A program made the position numbers and the translations under genes. A model generated the notes under the pieces. The model had not been told where the DNA came from. It was given only the letters and a program-made list of their open reading frames with translations, and made no database searches. DNA of 64,000 nucleotides from a virus (Duplodnaviria > Caudoviricetes), in the IMG/VR virus record IMGVR_UViG_3300005326_000046, positions 16,004 through 80,003 of that record; one strand, written 5' to 3'. Shown here piece after piece: positions 8,719 through 18,651 of this stretch. Position 1 is the first letter of the stretch. Every line of letters begins with the position of its first letter.

Positions 8719-8995
8719 GCACTACGAGAAGGCAACCTTTCACCGCGACACAGCTACCGGTAGAACGTGGGTAGAGCATTGGCCTAAGCTGTGTCTGATG
8801 TCGCCCGAGTTCATTTTGGATGGCTCAGGCATTGAGGTTGATGGTGACTTGGTCAACGGCGCAATTGTCACGGTTCGAACAACAGACGAGGTACAGCACT
8901 ATCGACTCAAGCGCGATCCCGAATGGCGCGCGTGGATTGCCGAACTGATCGACGACGCGCCAGAATTCCCTATTGACAAGAACGCCGTTACGTGA
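8711..8995 (+). CDS. Hypothetical protein
   Basis: SD GAGG; coupled. Confidence 0.65.
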   Translation: MGEHYEKATFHRDTATGRTWVEHWPKLCLMSPEFILDGSGIEVDGDLVNGAIVTVRTTDEVQHYRLKRDPEWRAWIAELIDDAPEFPIDKNAVT

Positions 8996-9001
8996 TAGGA
9001 T
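8973..9001 (+). promoter_or_regulatory. sigma70-like promoter (CCTATTGAC family) overlapping the 3' end of a gene
   Basis: TTGACA-N17-TAGGAT with TG extension. Confidence 0.75.
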
Positions 9002-9028
9002 AGGACATCACACACAAGGAGAGTAACA

Positions 9029-9304
9029 ATGCAACCATACGATTTCACGGAGGGCGCACGCGTATCATGCGGCGACGGCAAGACGGAGATCCTGTTCTAC
9101 GAGATCCCCGAGTACGACAACGAGGGTGTCAACGATGGCGAGCCGTTCCTGGTGTGCATCGATATCGCCGACCAAGACAGCTTGCCACACGCGACACTGT
9201 ATGTGCGCGTGGAAGATTGGCCCGCGTTCGTCCAGAAGGTCAACGCGTTCGAGGCCACACGGCTGGCGCGCGTCGCGAAGTGGCAGGTGGCGAACAGCGC
9301 GTGA
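9029..9304 (+). CDS. Hypothetical protein
   Basis: SD AAGGAGAG behind the promoter. Confidence 0.7.
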   Translation: MQPYDFTEGARVSCGDGKTEILFYEIPEYDNEGVNDGEPFLVCIDIADQDSLPHATLYVRVEDWPAFVQKVNAFEATRLARVAKWQVANSA

Positions 9305-9492
9305 GCTACGGTCGCGCACGGGGGATTGATGACGATGGCCGGTGAATATCTTGTTGTCGTAGACAACCTAGTGGCACACATGGATCCCGCCAAGGCTCGC
9401 GAGCTGCTGGCGATGAATGACGATGATTTTGGCGCAGCGCTAGCGCAGATGTGCTCCGCGATGTCCATCGCGCCAGCGGAAGGGGATGGCGA

Positions 9493-9783
9493 ATGATGAC
9501 TGATGAAGAACTGATGACCGACGAAGAACTGGCGCAGATTGAGGCGCGCGAGAAGCGCGCGTCTCTGTGGTCACCTCAAGACATCTTGCTGAAGGGAAAC
9601 ACGGTCCAGTCATATGCGATAGCGGGAGTATGTAGCGGCATGAGCCCCAATAAGCTAGGTAACGTTACGTTCATTGCCCATGCCCGCGAGGATGTGCCGG
9701 CGTTGGTCGCGGAGGTTCGCCGCCTGCGCGCCGAGCTTGCCGAGCACCGGCAGCGAGAGAGGATGGGGTGCGGCCATGGATGA
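9493..9783 (+). CDS. Hypothetical phage protein (FIAHAREDVPALVAEVRRLR motif)
   Basis: Motif recurrent in phage early genes; near-duplicated 18-nt start (MTDEEL x2). Confidence 0.7.
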   Translation: MMTDEELMTDEELAQIEAREKRASLWSPQDILLKGNTVQSYAIAGVCSGMSPNKLGNVTFIAHAREDVPALVAEVRRLRAELAEHRQRERMGCGHG

Positions 9784-10177
9784 TTCCACCTGCACATGGG
9801 AAACGCTGGTCGCGACGAGGAAGGAAGTCGAGGCGCTTGGCCCGTTCCCGCTGCGTCTGTGGTTCATCGGCATACCCTACGGGACGCAGGCGTGTATTGA
9901 AACACTCCTGCGAGACGCGGGGGGCGAGTTGGCCGATGCGCCAAGAGGCCTTGACAAACTCTTCTCATTCGCGCTTGAAGTGGCGGCGTTCAATCCCCTG
10001 TCGGACAAGTGTCCACTCGGCGACTACGCGCCATGGTTTGCGCGACGCGCCCTTCCAGGCGTATGGATTGAGATGTCAAACGGCGAACATCAGCGCTTGG
10101 ACCTGGACGAAGGCGTGCTCAGAGACACGCTACGGGCGGCGCTGGTGGAATCGATGAAGGAGAAGTGGAATGCGTAA
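9776..10177 (+). CDS. Hypothetical protein
   Basis: Coupled ORF. Confidence 0.65.
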   Translation: MDDSTCTWETLVATRKEVEALGPFPLRLWFIGIPYGTQACIETLLRDAGGELADAPRGLDKLFSFALEVAAFNPLSDKCPLGDYAPWFARRALPGVWIEMSNGEHQRLDLDEGVLRDTLRAALVESMKEKWNA

Positions 10178-10937
10178 GATCAACGTTGGTGACCGTGTAG
10201 TCCTTGACAGCCACCACGGCGGACGAACCTGGGCAACAAGGTGTGGCGTCGTTATGGGTATTGCAGACGGTAGAGCTACGGTGCGATGGGGTGGCGAAAC
10301 AGAGAGTCACGATCATCCCTTGTCCATCCTTGTCGCGGTGACAGATCGAGTCCCCGAGCGCATTGGAGAATCGCCAATCAACAAGTTCGCGATTAATGGG
10401 CTGAAGACCATCAGTGAACGCATCCTCTCCATGTGGCAGCAGACGCTACCCGTCTCTTCGCCACCGCAGGCGCAACCCGAGATCATGGAGTGCCTTGAGG
10501 CGATATGGCGGGACAGGGACACGTGGAAGCGCGCTTGTCTTGAAGAGCGCGAGGTTGTTGCCGAGCTTGGTGCAGGTGATAATGCGCTGTCGTGGATCAA
10601 GGCATTGCGCCGGCAGAATGCCGCGCTGGTTGCAGAGAACAGCCGCCTAGAAAAGGAGTTGCACGACACACTCGCCGCGGTCAATTCGGCGCATCACCGC
10701 ATTGACGCCTTCTTGGTGAACGAGCGCAAGCTCATGGATCGCGTCGTCAAACTGTCCGACGACCTTGAGACGTTGCGAAGCATGAACAAGGTAGCGAACG
10801 AATGGATGTCTCATCGCAATCGAGAAGCAATGGACATTGTGCGAGAGTTGGCAAAGTGGACATGGCTACAGCCGGGCATGGCACGTCTGATAGGGCGGGC
10901 GCGCACACTGATTGAGAAGGAGAGGATGGCGAAATGA
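10170..10937 (+). CDS. SH3/KOW-like N-terminal domain plus coiled-coil protein
   Basis: INVGDRVVLD...GVVMGI...ATVRW, followed by a heptad-rich region. Confidence 0.75.
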   Translation: MRKINVGDRVVLDSHHGGRTWATRCGVVMGIADGRATVRWGGETESHDHPLSILVAVTDRVPERIGESPINKFAINGLKTISERILSMWQQTLPVSSPPQAQPEIMECLEAIWRDRDTWKRACLEEREVVAELGAGDNALSWIKALRRQNAALVAENSRLEKELHDTLAAVNSAHHRIDAFLVNERKLMDRVVKLSDDLETLRSMNKVANEWMSHRNREAMDIVRELAKWTWLQPGMARLIGRARTLIEKERMAK

Positions 10938-11158
10938 GCGACTGTGCAATATGTGGTACCGATTTGAGCAAAGACCTGTTCGCCAGCGTAACAGATGATT
11001 CTGTATGCTGTATATGCAAAGTGAAATACATTGGCGGCTTGTCATCGCGCGACAGGATTCCCGTGGTGCGTGCCAGCTTGGGTCTCAAGGATGGCGAATA
11101 CTTGGCGCAAGACAATGCGCAAGAAGCAGCGAGAATTCTCGGACGCCGGGGACGGTGA
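10934..11158 (+). CDS. Small zinc-finger protein
   Basis: CAIC...CCIC. Confidence 0.65.
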   Translation: MSDCAICGTDLSKDLFASVTDDSVCCICKVKYIGGLSSRDRIPVVRASLGLKDGEYLAQDNAQEAARILGRRGR

Positions 11159-11176
11159 TGATGTGTAAAGGAGAGC

Positions 11177-12892
11177 ATGATGAGCGACTTCGGGCCAGGT
11201 GATCGCGTGGTGTACGCCGGAAAGCTAGTTCCAGAATGGAAAGGGATGGTTGGAACGGTCTCGGAAATGTGGGATGGTGGCGATGGATGCTTGGTCATAT
11301 TTGACGACTACGGGGTCGGACGCTGGGGTATAGCATGCAAAAACCTTAGGCATCACACGGGGCACACGTTCCACGTCGGCGATCGCGTAAAGTACATTGG
11401 CGACAAGGTGAAATGGAAGGGACACACTGGCACGATAACGGTACTGCGCGGCAATGATAACGACGGACCGTATGTCGAGATAAAGTGGGATGACCCGCCG
11501 TACGGCTGCGACGCAACCGCCGCGCCCTACGAGAAGAACCTCATGCGCATCGACGAACCGCGCCCCTTCAAGGTCGGTGATCGTGTGCGGTACCGTGGCA
11601 CGTTCTCGTATGAATTGGAAGGGAGAATTGGAACGGTTGTAACCAGATGGGAAAATGGTGACGGTGCCAGAATTATATTCGATGGCGATACTAGAGAACA
11701 TTCCGTGGCATCCATAAGCATCGAGCACTACAAGGACCCTGGTCCGGCGTTCCATGTAGGCGATCGTGTCACGTGTGTTGGGACCTATCGCGCCAAGGAT
11801 AGCAAGAACGGAACGATCAAGCGGCTATGGGAGTCTGGCACGGGCGCAGATGTTCAGTTTGATGGCGACAAGTACACGATAGGGGCACGGTTCTGCGACC
11901 TTGCCCACTACAAGGACCCCGTGGCGAAGTTAGCGGTTGGTGATCGCGTGCGGTACGTGGGGCACGTGAAAGAGTGGTCGGGGTTTGTCGGCACGGTGAA
12001 GGGGTTCGACGCCTGGCATATTCACGTTTGGGTGAAGTGGGACGATGCGTCCTTCGGCCTCAACTCAATCATGAATGAGTACCTTGTGCCAGATAACAGC
12101 GAGCAGCCCGCCGCGCATCCACCATTCAAGCAGGGCGATCGCGTCAAGATCATGGATCCTGGTAGTCCATTCAATTTTCAACTTGGCACGGTGAGGTTCT
12201 TCAGCGACACGAAGGTATACGTCAGGCCAGACACAGCCAACATGGCCTATGGATTCCATGACTGCCACCTGATGCATCTTCCCGCGCACGTGAGCAACCA
12301 CCGGTGCACGATGGACTCCAGCGCGCAATACGTCGATAGGCGCGAGTTGCCAACTGAACACACTGTGACCGTTACCGTCAAGCCGTCGCCGTGGTTGCGC
12401 AAGGCTATTGACAACCTGGCGAAGAAGATGGACGCTGAGGTCAAGAAGGGGCTTGCCGGGCAGGTGGCAGACGCAGAGGCGGAGATGTGCGAGCTACGGA
12501 AGCGGGTTGAAGAGACACTTGCAGAGAACAACCGCCTGAATGCAGACTGCGACAAACGGCGCGGCGAGAACAAATACCTGAACCAGGAATGCAACCGCTG
12601 GCACGATCGGTTTTACGAAGCGCTTGACGAGCGCGACGCGCTGCGCGCCGAGAACGCGAAGCTGAAGGACGAAGCCAAGACAGACGAAGAGCGTATTGTC
12701 TATCTAACCAAGGCCCGCTCAGAGTTAGCTGATTCGTGGAGCAAAACTTGTAGGCGACTAGATCGTGCCATGCGCGTCGTAGAAGCCGTTGCGGACCTTC
12801 CGTCCGATGGCGGATTCGTGGTCTGGACAGACGCGGAGCGTGTCATCGAATCAGCGCGTGAAGTCATTGCGGCCAACGGGGATGTGTGCTAG
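11177..12892 (+). CDS. Protein with six tandem SH3/KOW-like (F-x-VGDRV-x-Y) repeats and C-terminal coiled coil
   Basis: Repeats FGPGDRVVY, FHVGDRVKY, FKVGDRVRY, FHVGDRVTC, LAVGDRVRY, FKQGDRVKI; SD AAGGAGAG. Confidence 0.85.
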   Translation: MMSDFGPGDRVVYAGKLVPEWKGMVGTVSEMWDGGDGCLVIFDDYGVGRWGIACKNLRHHTGHTFHVGDRVKYIGDKVKWKGHTGTITVLRGNDNDGPYVEIKWDDPPYGCDATAAPYEKNLMRIDEPRPFKVGDRVRYRGTFSYELEGRIGTVVTRWENGDGARIIFDGDTREHSVASISIEHYKDPGPAFHVGDRVTCVGTYRAKDSKNGTIKRLWESGTGADVQFDGDKYTIGARFCDLAHYKDPVAKLAVGDRVRYVGHVKEWSGFVGTVKGFDAWHIHVWVKWDDASFGLNSIMNEYLVPDNSEQPAAHPPFKQGDRVKIMDPGSPFNFQLGTVRFFSDTKVYVRPDTANMAYGFHDCHLMHLPAHVSNHRCTMDSSAQYVDRRELPTEHTVTVTVKPSPWLRKAIDNLAKKMDAEVKKGLAGQVADAEAEMCELRKRVEETLAENNRLNADCDKRRGENKYLNQECNRWHDRFYEALDERDALRAENAKLKDEAKTDEERIVYLTKARSELADSWSKTCRRLDRAMRVVEAVADLPSDGGFVVWTDAERVIESAREVIAANGDVC

Positions 12893-12930
12893 AATAGCCA
12901 CAGCCTCGTGTACCATGTGTACAAGGAGAT

Positions 12931-12967
12931 CAGACGGCGCCGCGGAGATCGCGGCGTCGTCTGTTTC
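12931..12967 (+). terminator. GC-rich hairpin between convergent blocks, probable intrinsic terminator
   Basis: CAGACGGCGCCGCG-GAGAT-CGCGGCGTCGTCTG (14 bp with one G:U), followed by TTTC. Confidence 0.6.
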
Positions 12968-13098
12968 GGAGATTGACGGGCCGTGGTATGATTGGGTTGG
13001 CTCCCCCAGTTGCTTCGGTGGCTGGGCGCGACGGCTCTCCACGTGGGAGCCGTCTGCTTTTGTGGAAGTGAGATTTATAGGGCGTCTAAAGAGTGCAC

Positions 13099-13764
13099 TC
13101 AGGCGCTCTTTGCGTTCTGCATCTCGCCAATCAACACAGTTTTCGATTCCAGGCCACACCGACAGTTAGTCATGCATTGTGAGTTTTCCCCTGGAATTGG
13201 GAGTACCCCGTGTGGCTGCCATCCTTGCCCTGCGTAGTCCAAACATGATGGGCAATGCTCCGCCGTGCCAAGCACCCTTCGTTCGATGATAGTATATCCC
13301 GGCTTGGGTATTGGATAGTTGCCGCGATACGTATGCCAGTACTCGCGCCGCGCATTGCCCATGTACATGCCGGCGCGATTCAGCGCCTGTGCCTCACTGA
13401 TCTTGCCAGAAATGATGTCCTGCGCAAAGCCGTTGATCCGGCGATAGTCCGCCTGCAGGATGCCACCCATCCGCCCATAGTCCGCTTGTGTCAGGCGATC
13501 CCACCCGCCCGCGCCGAGCGCCCCAAACTGCAGGTGAGCCTGGAGCAACTCTGCCCGGAAGCGCGCCGTAAATACAGATGGCGAGATCTGCCCACTCATG
13601 AACGCCTGCGTCAAGCGCCCTACTTCCATCTCGCGCTGTAGGACTTCGCCGTCAAGTAGGCTCAGAATGCTAGAACGCGCCACGAAGCGGCCCGTCTTGT
13701 TGGAGATGTAGCGCGCGGCAGACTTGTTGTAGCGGTATCCTGGCAGTACTTCGTCAAGCGGCAT
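13099..13764 (-). CDS. Minor head protein, Mu gpF / SPP1 gp7-like
   Basis: Downstream of portal; C-terminal AEHCPSC...IPGENSQCMTNCRC signature. Confidence 0.75.
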   Translation of the reverse strand: MPLDEVLPGYRYNKSAARYISNKTGRFVARSSILSLLDGEVLQREMEVGRLTQAFMSGQISPSVFTARFRAELLQAHLQFGALGAGGWDRLTQADYGRMGGILQADYRRINGFAQDIISGKISEAQALNRAGMYMGNARREYWHTYRGNYPIPKPGYTIIERRVLGTAEHCPSCLDYAGQGWQPHGVLPIPGENSQCMTNCRCGLESKTVLIGEMQNAKSA

Positions 13765-14053
13765 TGGCGGTCCTCATCTGTTCATCATCGCGCGCATCCA
13801 ACAGGCGCTTGGCCCAGTTCGGGACCGTCTCGCGCGCATACCAGTCCGTGCGTGCATCCTGGACGGTCACTTGTGTGATCTGCGCGTCCTCTGGCGCGGC
13901 CTCAGGGCCAGGCAGCCACGTCGCCGGATCTTCACCTTGCGGCAAGTTGCGCAAAACCCATTGCACGGCGGCTTCAGCCTCAGCCAATGATGTACCAATC
14001 TCCAGCAATGCAGCAAGTTGCGCTTCGGCCCACTTCTGATGCAGTGGCGGCAT
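13754..14053 (-). CDS. Hypothetical protein between portal and gpF-like gene
   Basis: TAATG overlap with the portal stop gives start 14053. Confidence 0.65.
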   Translation of the reverse strand: MPPLHQKWAEAQLAALLEIGTSLAEAEAAVQWVLRNLPQGEDPATWLPGPEAAPEDAQITQVTVQDARTDWYARETVPNWAKRLLDARDDEQMRTANAA

Positions 14054-15648
14054 TAGTAGCCCCCTCCCAGCGTGCGCGCGGCGGCCATAAAGATCGCGTC
14101 CATTTCCTCGCGCGAGTCTGCCCCTACCAGATTCCATAACCGCTTGGGTGGTTCTTGCTGTGCATCGGACTGCGCGCCGTTAGCGTTTACGCTTGCATTG
14201 CTAGCGCGAGCATCCCGGTTCGCTACAGTGCCCGCCGCGGCCCCAAATAGTTCTTGTGGTGCAACAATTGGGGCGTTTGGATCGTTATTGGTACTAGATG
14301 ACGTCGCGCCGCTTTTACCCACTTCTGCGAGCAATTTGTCGCCACCATCCTCCAGTGGATCGAGTTTGGCAAACTTGCGCATCTCGTTAACGGTGATGAC
14401 CTTCTCCATCACGGCGATAGGCACATTGCCCCACGGCGCGTCGTCATAGCCAATCGCAGAACGCACCTCGTTGGGGGTGACGACCGATGAACGCAGATTC
14501 ATTTCGCGTTCGGCGACTTCCTGCGCTGCGTCGCGTGGCACAACGTCAAGACACCGCAACTCCGCGTTGTCTGGATACAAACTCATCAGTTCAGCGTTCA
14601 GGCGCTCGATGATGCGCGTCAGCATGGGTAGCAGCGTGTACTTGGCAAACAGGTATTCGCCAGTCTGGGCATTGGCGCGATTGACGTCTTCAGCCATCAG
14701 CAAGGCGGGATGCACACGCTGGGTCAAAAACGAATCCTGCCGATTCATCTTGCGGCCCTCGATGTACTCCGCGTCGCGCAAGTTCATGCCGAGATCTTTG
14801 AACTTGAAGCCGTCCCACAGAAAGGCGAGCTGTCCGGCCTTGTCTGGGTTGCCCGTGTAGGTGTCTTGCCAGTACTGCTCCATCATCTCCTTCTGGTCAG
14901 GCTTGAAGGTCTCCTTGTCGCTCTCGACAACCCCGGAAATGCGCGCCGAGTTCTTGAATGTTGCCAAGTTGTGCCGTTGTGCGGCGACATCGGCAGACAG
15001 CGCATAGGATGCCGGTTCTATTGGGGAGAGGCCGGCGAAGTCATTGAGAGGATGGAATGTGCGCAGATGGATGACGTCCTCGGTCAGGATGGGAAATTCC
15101 TTGCCGCCAACCTCGTAGTTGTAATAGACGACGCCATCCGCGTTGCTGCCAACTGGCGTGATGCGGTCCGGGCGCAAGGGCAAGAGCATCATGGGCGGGC
15201 GCTTGGGGGACGATCTGCCACCCATGTACAAATACGCATTGCCGGCCAGTCGCAATGACGACACGATGCTTTCGATGACCGTGAACTTGTCCAGCGATAA
15301 CCACTCCATGTTGGGCGCGGGCTTGCGCAGCAGTTCCAGCACGGGGTGTTCGTAGAGCCGCTCGGCGTCCTCTTCCTTGCCCGCGAACACGGCGATATCG
15401 GTCATGGCGGCGGCTTCAGCCAGCAGCGATACGGCCGCATACATGGATGGGGCACGGCGATAATACTCCGCCTGGCGCGCGTACGTGAAGGGCTCGGGCA
15501 CACCATCGCCATAGGCGGCCATGCCCCCCATCTGCGACCACCAGGGTACGAGTTGCCCCGTCCTGGTCTTGCCGACAATCTCCGCCTTGGGCTCCAGGCC
15601 AAAAAGCGCCAATGCCCGATCGACCGTAGACATGAAGTTAGCTGCCAT
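14053..15648 (-). CDS. Portal protein (HK97-like family)
   Basis: AVSLLAEAAA, HPVLELLRKP, AGNAY, PLRPDRI, VIHLR, GLSPI, TPNEVR motifs; follows terL. Confidence 0.92.
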   Translation of the reverse strand: MAANFMSTVDRALALFGLEPKAEIVGKTRTGQLVPWWSQMGGMAAYGDGVPEPFTYARQAEYYRRAPSMYAAVSLLAEAAAMTDIAVFAGKEEDAERLYEHPVLELLRKPAPNMEWLSLDKFTVIESIVSSLRLAGNAYLYMGGRSSPKRPPMMLLPLRPDRITPVGSNADGVVYYNYEVGGKEFPILTEDVIHLRTFHPLNDFAGLSPIEPASYALSADVAAQRHNLATFKNSARISGVVESDKETFKPDQKEMMEQYWQDTYTGNPDKAGQLAFLWDGFKFKDLGMNLRDAEYIEGRKMNRQDSFLTQRVHPALLMAEDVNRANAQTGEYLFAKYTLLPMLTRIIERLNAELMSLYPDNAELRCLDVVPRDAAQEVAEREMNLRSSVVTPNEVRSAIGYDDAPWGNVPIAVMEKVITVNEMRKFAKLDPLEDGGDKLLAEVGKSGATSSSTNNDPNAPIVAPQELFGAAAGTVANRDARASNASVNANGAQSDAQQEPPKRLWNLVGADSREEMDAIFMAAARTLGGGY

Positions 15649-15832
15649 CGTTCGCCTCTACTTTCGTCGCGTAGCGGCTCATGATCGCGCCCGCAATCAA
15701 GGCGACGATCAACCATGCCACCAGCGCAAACACGCACCACCAATCCAGGTAGATCACGCGCAGGAGCATCAGCCACACCAGCGCGAAGATGCTAGTCCAA
15801 CTCAGGGTCGCTACCAGCTTTGTTATCCGCAT
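15638..15832 (-). CDS. Small membrane protein between terL and portal
   Basis: Two hydrophobic helices; overlaps both neighbours. Confidence 0.6.
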   Translation of the reverse strand: MRITKLVATLSWTSIFALVWLMLLRVIYLDWWCVFALVAWLIVALIAGAIMSRYATKVEANDGS

Positions 15833-17357
15833 CCTTCTTGCCGTACCTTTCCTTCAGCCAGTCCAGCATGGACTTGCCGGTGTTCCTGGACGCGATCACG
15901 GCCAACGCGAACGCGTCTGCTCGATCGTCATGCTGTCCCGGTGGCGCAAGCAACGTTGACCCGTCAATACTAGCCAACTCTTCATAGGTGGCGCTGTTGT
16001 GCACCAGACAGGCCTGATCCTTGAACGCGTCTGCGCATGCGTCATACAGCAACGCCTTACCCTTCGAATTGTTCAGCCAGCCGCGCTTTCCGTCGTAGCC
16101 GTTTTCTAGTACGACCTCGGGTGCATTGTCGTGCAACCACAGCAACACCGCGTGACCGTGGTTGTTCCGCTCCACGAGCACGTTTGCCCGGTTGTACCAC
16201 TTTGACAACGCGTTGAGTGTGGCCCCAAACTGCGATGGTTGCAGGTGCTCGGCCAGGCTTGCTACCTGCTCGCCAGTGTCGGCATCAATTACCTCCAGCG
16301 CCGAATTGTCGCTGGTTGGATTGCCTTCTGCCGGATCCCCGCCGATACCGTAACTTCTGCCTGGCATAGGCGGCCTGAATACTCGCAATCCCGGCAATGA
16401 CGGCACGTCAAATAGTGCGCCATCGTTCACCCCGACCTGAACCAGCGGGCGCAACTCTTCGTAGCACTGCATCAGCCATTCGGGCGGGATCCGCTTGTCC
16501 AGCGTCTTGGCGGCCAAGGCCTCTTCTGGCGTGTCTGGGTACTCCTGCCACAGTTCGTCTTTCGCGCCCGTCCGAGCTAAGACATCGCGCTTCTGCGCCT
16601 CGTACCATTCCTGTGTGCGCTCGGGTCGCGCCCGCCAAGACAGAAATACCGGCTTGTAGTCGTTTTCGCCCCTGCGCGCCGCTTCGTAAATGCGCTTGAA
16701 TGCCGACAAGGGCGTCTTCTTGTTGACCGTACTGAGCAGCGCCAGCTGTCCGCCCGCGTCCACCGTGGGCTTGACGTCCGTCAGCAACCCGTTCAGATCC
16801 TCAATGATGTCGGCTTCGTCAATAATCGCCAATGACGCTGTATACGATCGCCCGCCCGTGGTCGGAAAGGCCAGGGCGCGCGATCCATTGTTGAGCCGTA
16901 GCTCATGCGTTGACCGGCTACGCGTGCCCGTGCGCATCCAATCCGGCAACCGGTCATACATGCCAGTCAGCCGGAAGTAGAGCAACTCCACCGCCTCATC
17001 GTCACGGCGCGAAAACAAGAGCACGGTCGCGGCCGGATGAAACACCATGAGCCACAGTGCATACGCCAGCATCAGCCACGACAAGCCCAACTGCCGCGCC
17101 TTGAGAATGACAATCAGCTTGCTTAGCCTAACATCCTCCAACACGCGCTCTTGCGCCGGCCACAAGTCGAACGGCAGCCAATCTTCTTTCTTGTGCGCAT
17201 CGTAGATCTTGACATAATCGCGCACGAAGTGAACTAGATCATTCTTGCAGCGTTCCCAGTCCGCCTGATGTTCGCCGTGTTCCTCTTCGATGAGCATCTC
17301 ACCGAGGATCAACGGCAACGAGTCTTGTAAGCCCTTCGCTGATTGCAATGAGAGCAT
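15792..17357 (-). CDS. terL: Terminase large subunit
   Basis: KARQLGLSW Walker A-like, IIDEAD Walker B, LSTV coupling motif, GGDPAEG...DNSA and HDDRADA nuclease motifs. Confidence 0.93.
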   Translation of the reverse strand: MLSLQSAKGLQDSLPLILGEMLIEEEHGEHQADWERCKNDLVHFVRDYVKIYDAHKKEDWLPFDLWPAQERVLEDVRLSKLIVILKARQLGLSWLMLAYALWLMVFHPAATVLLFSRRDDEAVELLYFRLTGMYDRLPDWMRTGTRSRSTHELRLNNGSRALAFPTTGGRSYTASLAIIDEADIIEDLNGLLTDVKPTVDAGGQLALLSTVNKKTPLSAFKRIYEAARRGENDYKPVFLSWRARPERTQEWYEAQKRDVLARTGAKDELWQEYPDTPEEALAAKTLDKRIPPEWLMQCYEELRPLVQVGVNDGALFDVPSLPGLRVFRPPMPGRSYGIGGDPAEGNPTSDNSALEVIDADTGEQVASLAEHLQPSQFGATLNALSKWYNRANVLVERNNHGHAVLLWLHDNAPEVVLENGYDGKRGWLNNSKGKALLYDACADAFKDQACLVHNSATYEELASIDGSTLLAPPGQHDDRADAFALAVIASRNTGKSMLDWLKERYGKKDADNKAGSDPELD

Positions 17358-17931
17358 CGCGGTCCTTCACGTGTTCCTTGACCAGGCCGGCAATGGCGGC
17401 TATCAGCACCATGGCCTTTTCCGCCGATATCATCTGCTGCATTTCGACAAGCCGCTTGCGCTCTGACTCCACCAACTGTTTACGCATAATAAGCGTGGAC
17501 CGTATGTCTATCCAGGCGGCATTGTCTTCGAAGCCATTCTTGATCAACGCGCCGATGGCGTTCAGCGCCTTGGCCTGCGCGGCGTGGTCACCGTCCTGTC
17601 TCGCCGCAACCATCTCGTACCACGTGACCTGTAGGCTTTTCCAGATGGCGCCGGATTCGCCGGTGTCCACCCGTAGCAACAAGTCGGCAAGCCGGGCATC
17701 CACAACGGCAATCTGGTCGCGCAGCTCCAGCAAGTTGTTATCGGCCAGCGCATCGTTGTAGCGCTCCATCAGCCGAGCCGGTAGGTACTTCGAGTACTTG
17801 CCGGTTTTGAACGACGGGGACGCCACACCAGACAGTGACTTTCCGCCGTGCACGTAACACACATTCTTGCCAACCATCGCGTGACGGGTACATTGTTTCC
17901 CCGTGCTCTTGGCTTTTGCGGTGCACTGCAT
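17299..17931 (-). CDS. Probable terminase small subunit (HGGxSTG-like zinc knuckle)
   Basis: CTAKAK...C...CYVHGGKS...FKTGKYS; immediately upstream of terL. Confidence 0.75.
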   Translation of the reverse strand: MQCTAKAKSTGKQCTRHAMVGKNVCYVHGGKSLSGVASPSFKTGKYSKYLPARLMERYNDALADNNLLELRDQIAVVDARLADLLLRVDTGESGAIWKSLQVTWYEMVAARQDGDHAAQAKALNAIGALIKNGFEDNAAWIDIRSTLIMRKQLVESERKRLVEMQQMISAEKAMVLIAAIAGLVKEHVKDRDALIAISEGLTRLVAVDPR

Positions 17932-17992
17932 TATGAGGTCTCGACTCTACTATGGGGTGCATCCCCCCTATAAACCAACCCAAAATTCACTC

Positions 17993-18021
17993 TTGACATT
18001 CACCCTCACCTATGCTATTAT
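17993..18021 (+). promoter_or_regulatory. sigma70-like promoter, divergent from terS
   Basis: TTGACA-N17-TATTAT with TG extension. Confidence 0.75.
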
Positions 18022-18053
18022 GTTTCTAGCAATTACATTCTCGGAGGTGAAAC

Positions 18054-18266
18054 TTGGATGATGCACTCACGAACACGATAGGCACAGAAGAAGCCGCGGC
18101 TTTCCTTGGCCTGTCGCAAGCTGGCGTGCGGTACCACCTGTACCGCGTCAAGGACCTGCGCCCCGACTTCAGGGACGGGAACAAGATTCTCTTCCTGAAG
18201 GATACGCTTGTCGAGTTCAACAAACGCAAGCGCAAACCAGGGCGTCCGGGCCTAGAACCAGACTGA
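18054..18266 (+). CDS. Excisionase/MerR-like HTH (HTH_17-type) DNA-binding protein
   Basis: IGTEEAAAFLGLSQAGVRY; SD GGAGGTG, TTG start; basic tail RKRKPGRP. Confidence 0.8.
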   Translation: MDDALTNTIGTEEAAAFLGLSQAGVRYHLYRVKDLRPDFRDGNKILFLKDTLVEFNKRKRKPGRPGLEPD

Positions 18267-18284
18267 CCGCTTGACATAAGGGAA

Positions 18285-18560
18285 TCAGTGCTTAGTTGCA
18301 CTGGAACCCCATAGCGTCTTGCGGATGACGTCTGGAATGCTAACGGGTTTGCGGATTACTCGCATGCTCCGGCTTGCGTTTGCCTCAATGGCGGCCTTTT
18401 CCTCGTGGTATACCTGTAGGCCGCGACCCAGCACCATGAGCACCAGGACAACGATGGGTAACCATGGGGCAGCCGGGAAGAGTTGGGGCAGTTGGTCCAC
18501 CAGCAGCGCGATAACCGCAATCCAGACGGCGTTAGGGATTTCGGGTAGTTTGATGCGCAT
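18285..18560 (-). CDS. Two-TM membrane protein, possibly holin-like
   Basis: SD GGAGG on the minus strand; two hydrophobic helices and a basic C-terminus. Confidence 0.6.
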   Translation of the reverse strand: MRIKLPEIPNAVWIAVIALLVDQLPQLFPAAPWLPIVVLVLMVLGRGLQVYHEEKAAIEANASRSMRVIRKPVSIPDVIRKTLWGSSATKH

Positions 18561-18651
18561 GTGTCAAGTACCTCCATGCGCAGTATAGCACATGGTGTTG
18601 AAAAACACACTATGTCAATTTCACGTCAGGTAGATTCACAAGGAGAGAGAG

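Noticed and set aside
12851-13169. ORFs in the gap between the convergent blocks
   Set aside because: They overlap a terminator-like hairpin and real gene ends; no SD and no recognisable motifs.
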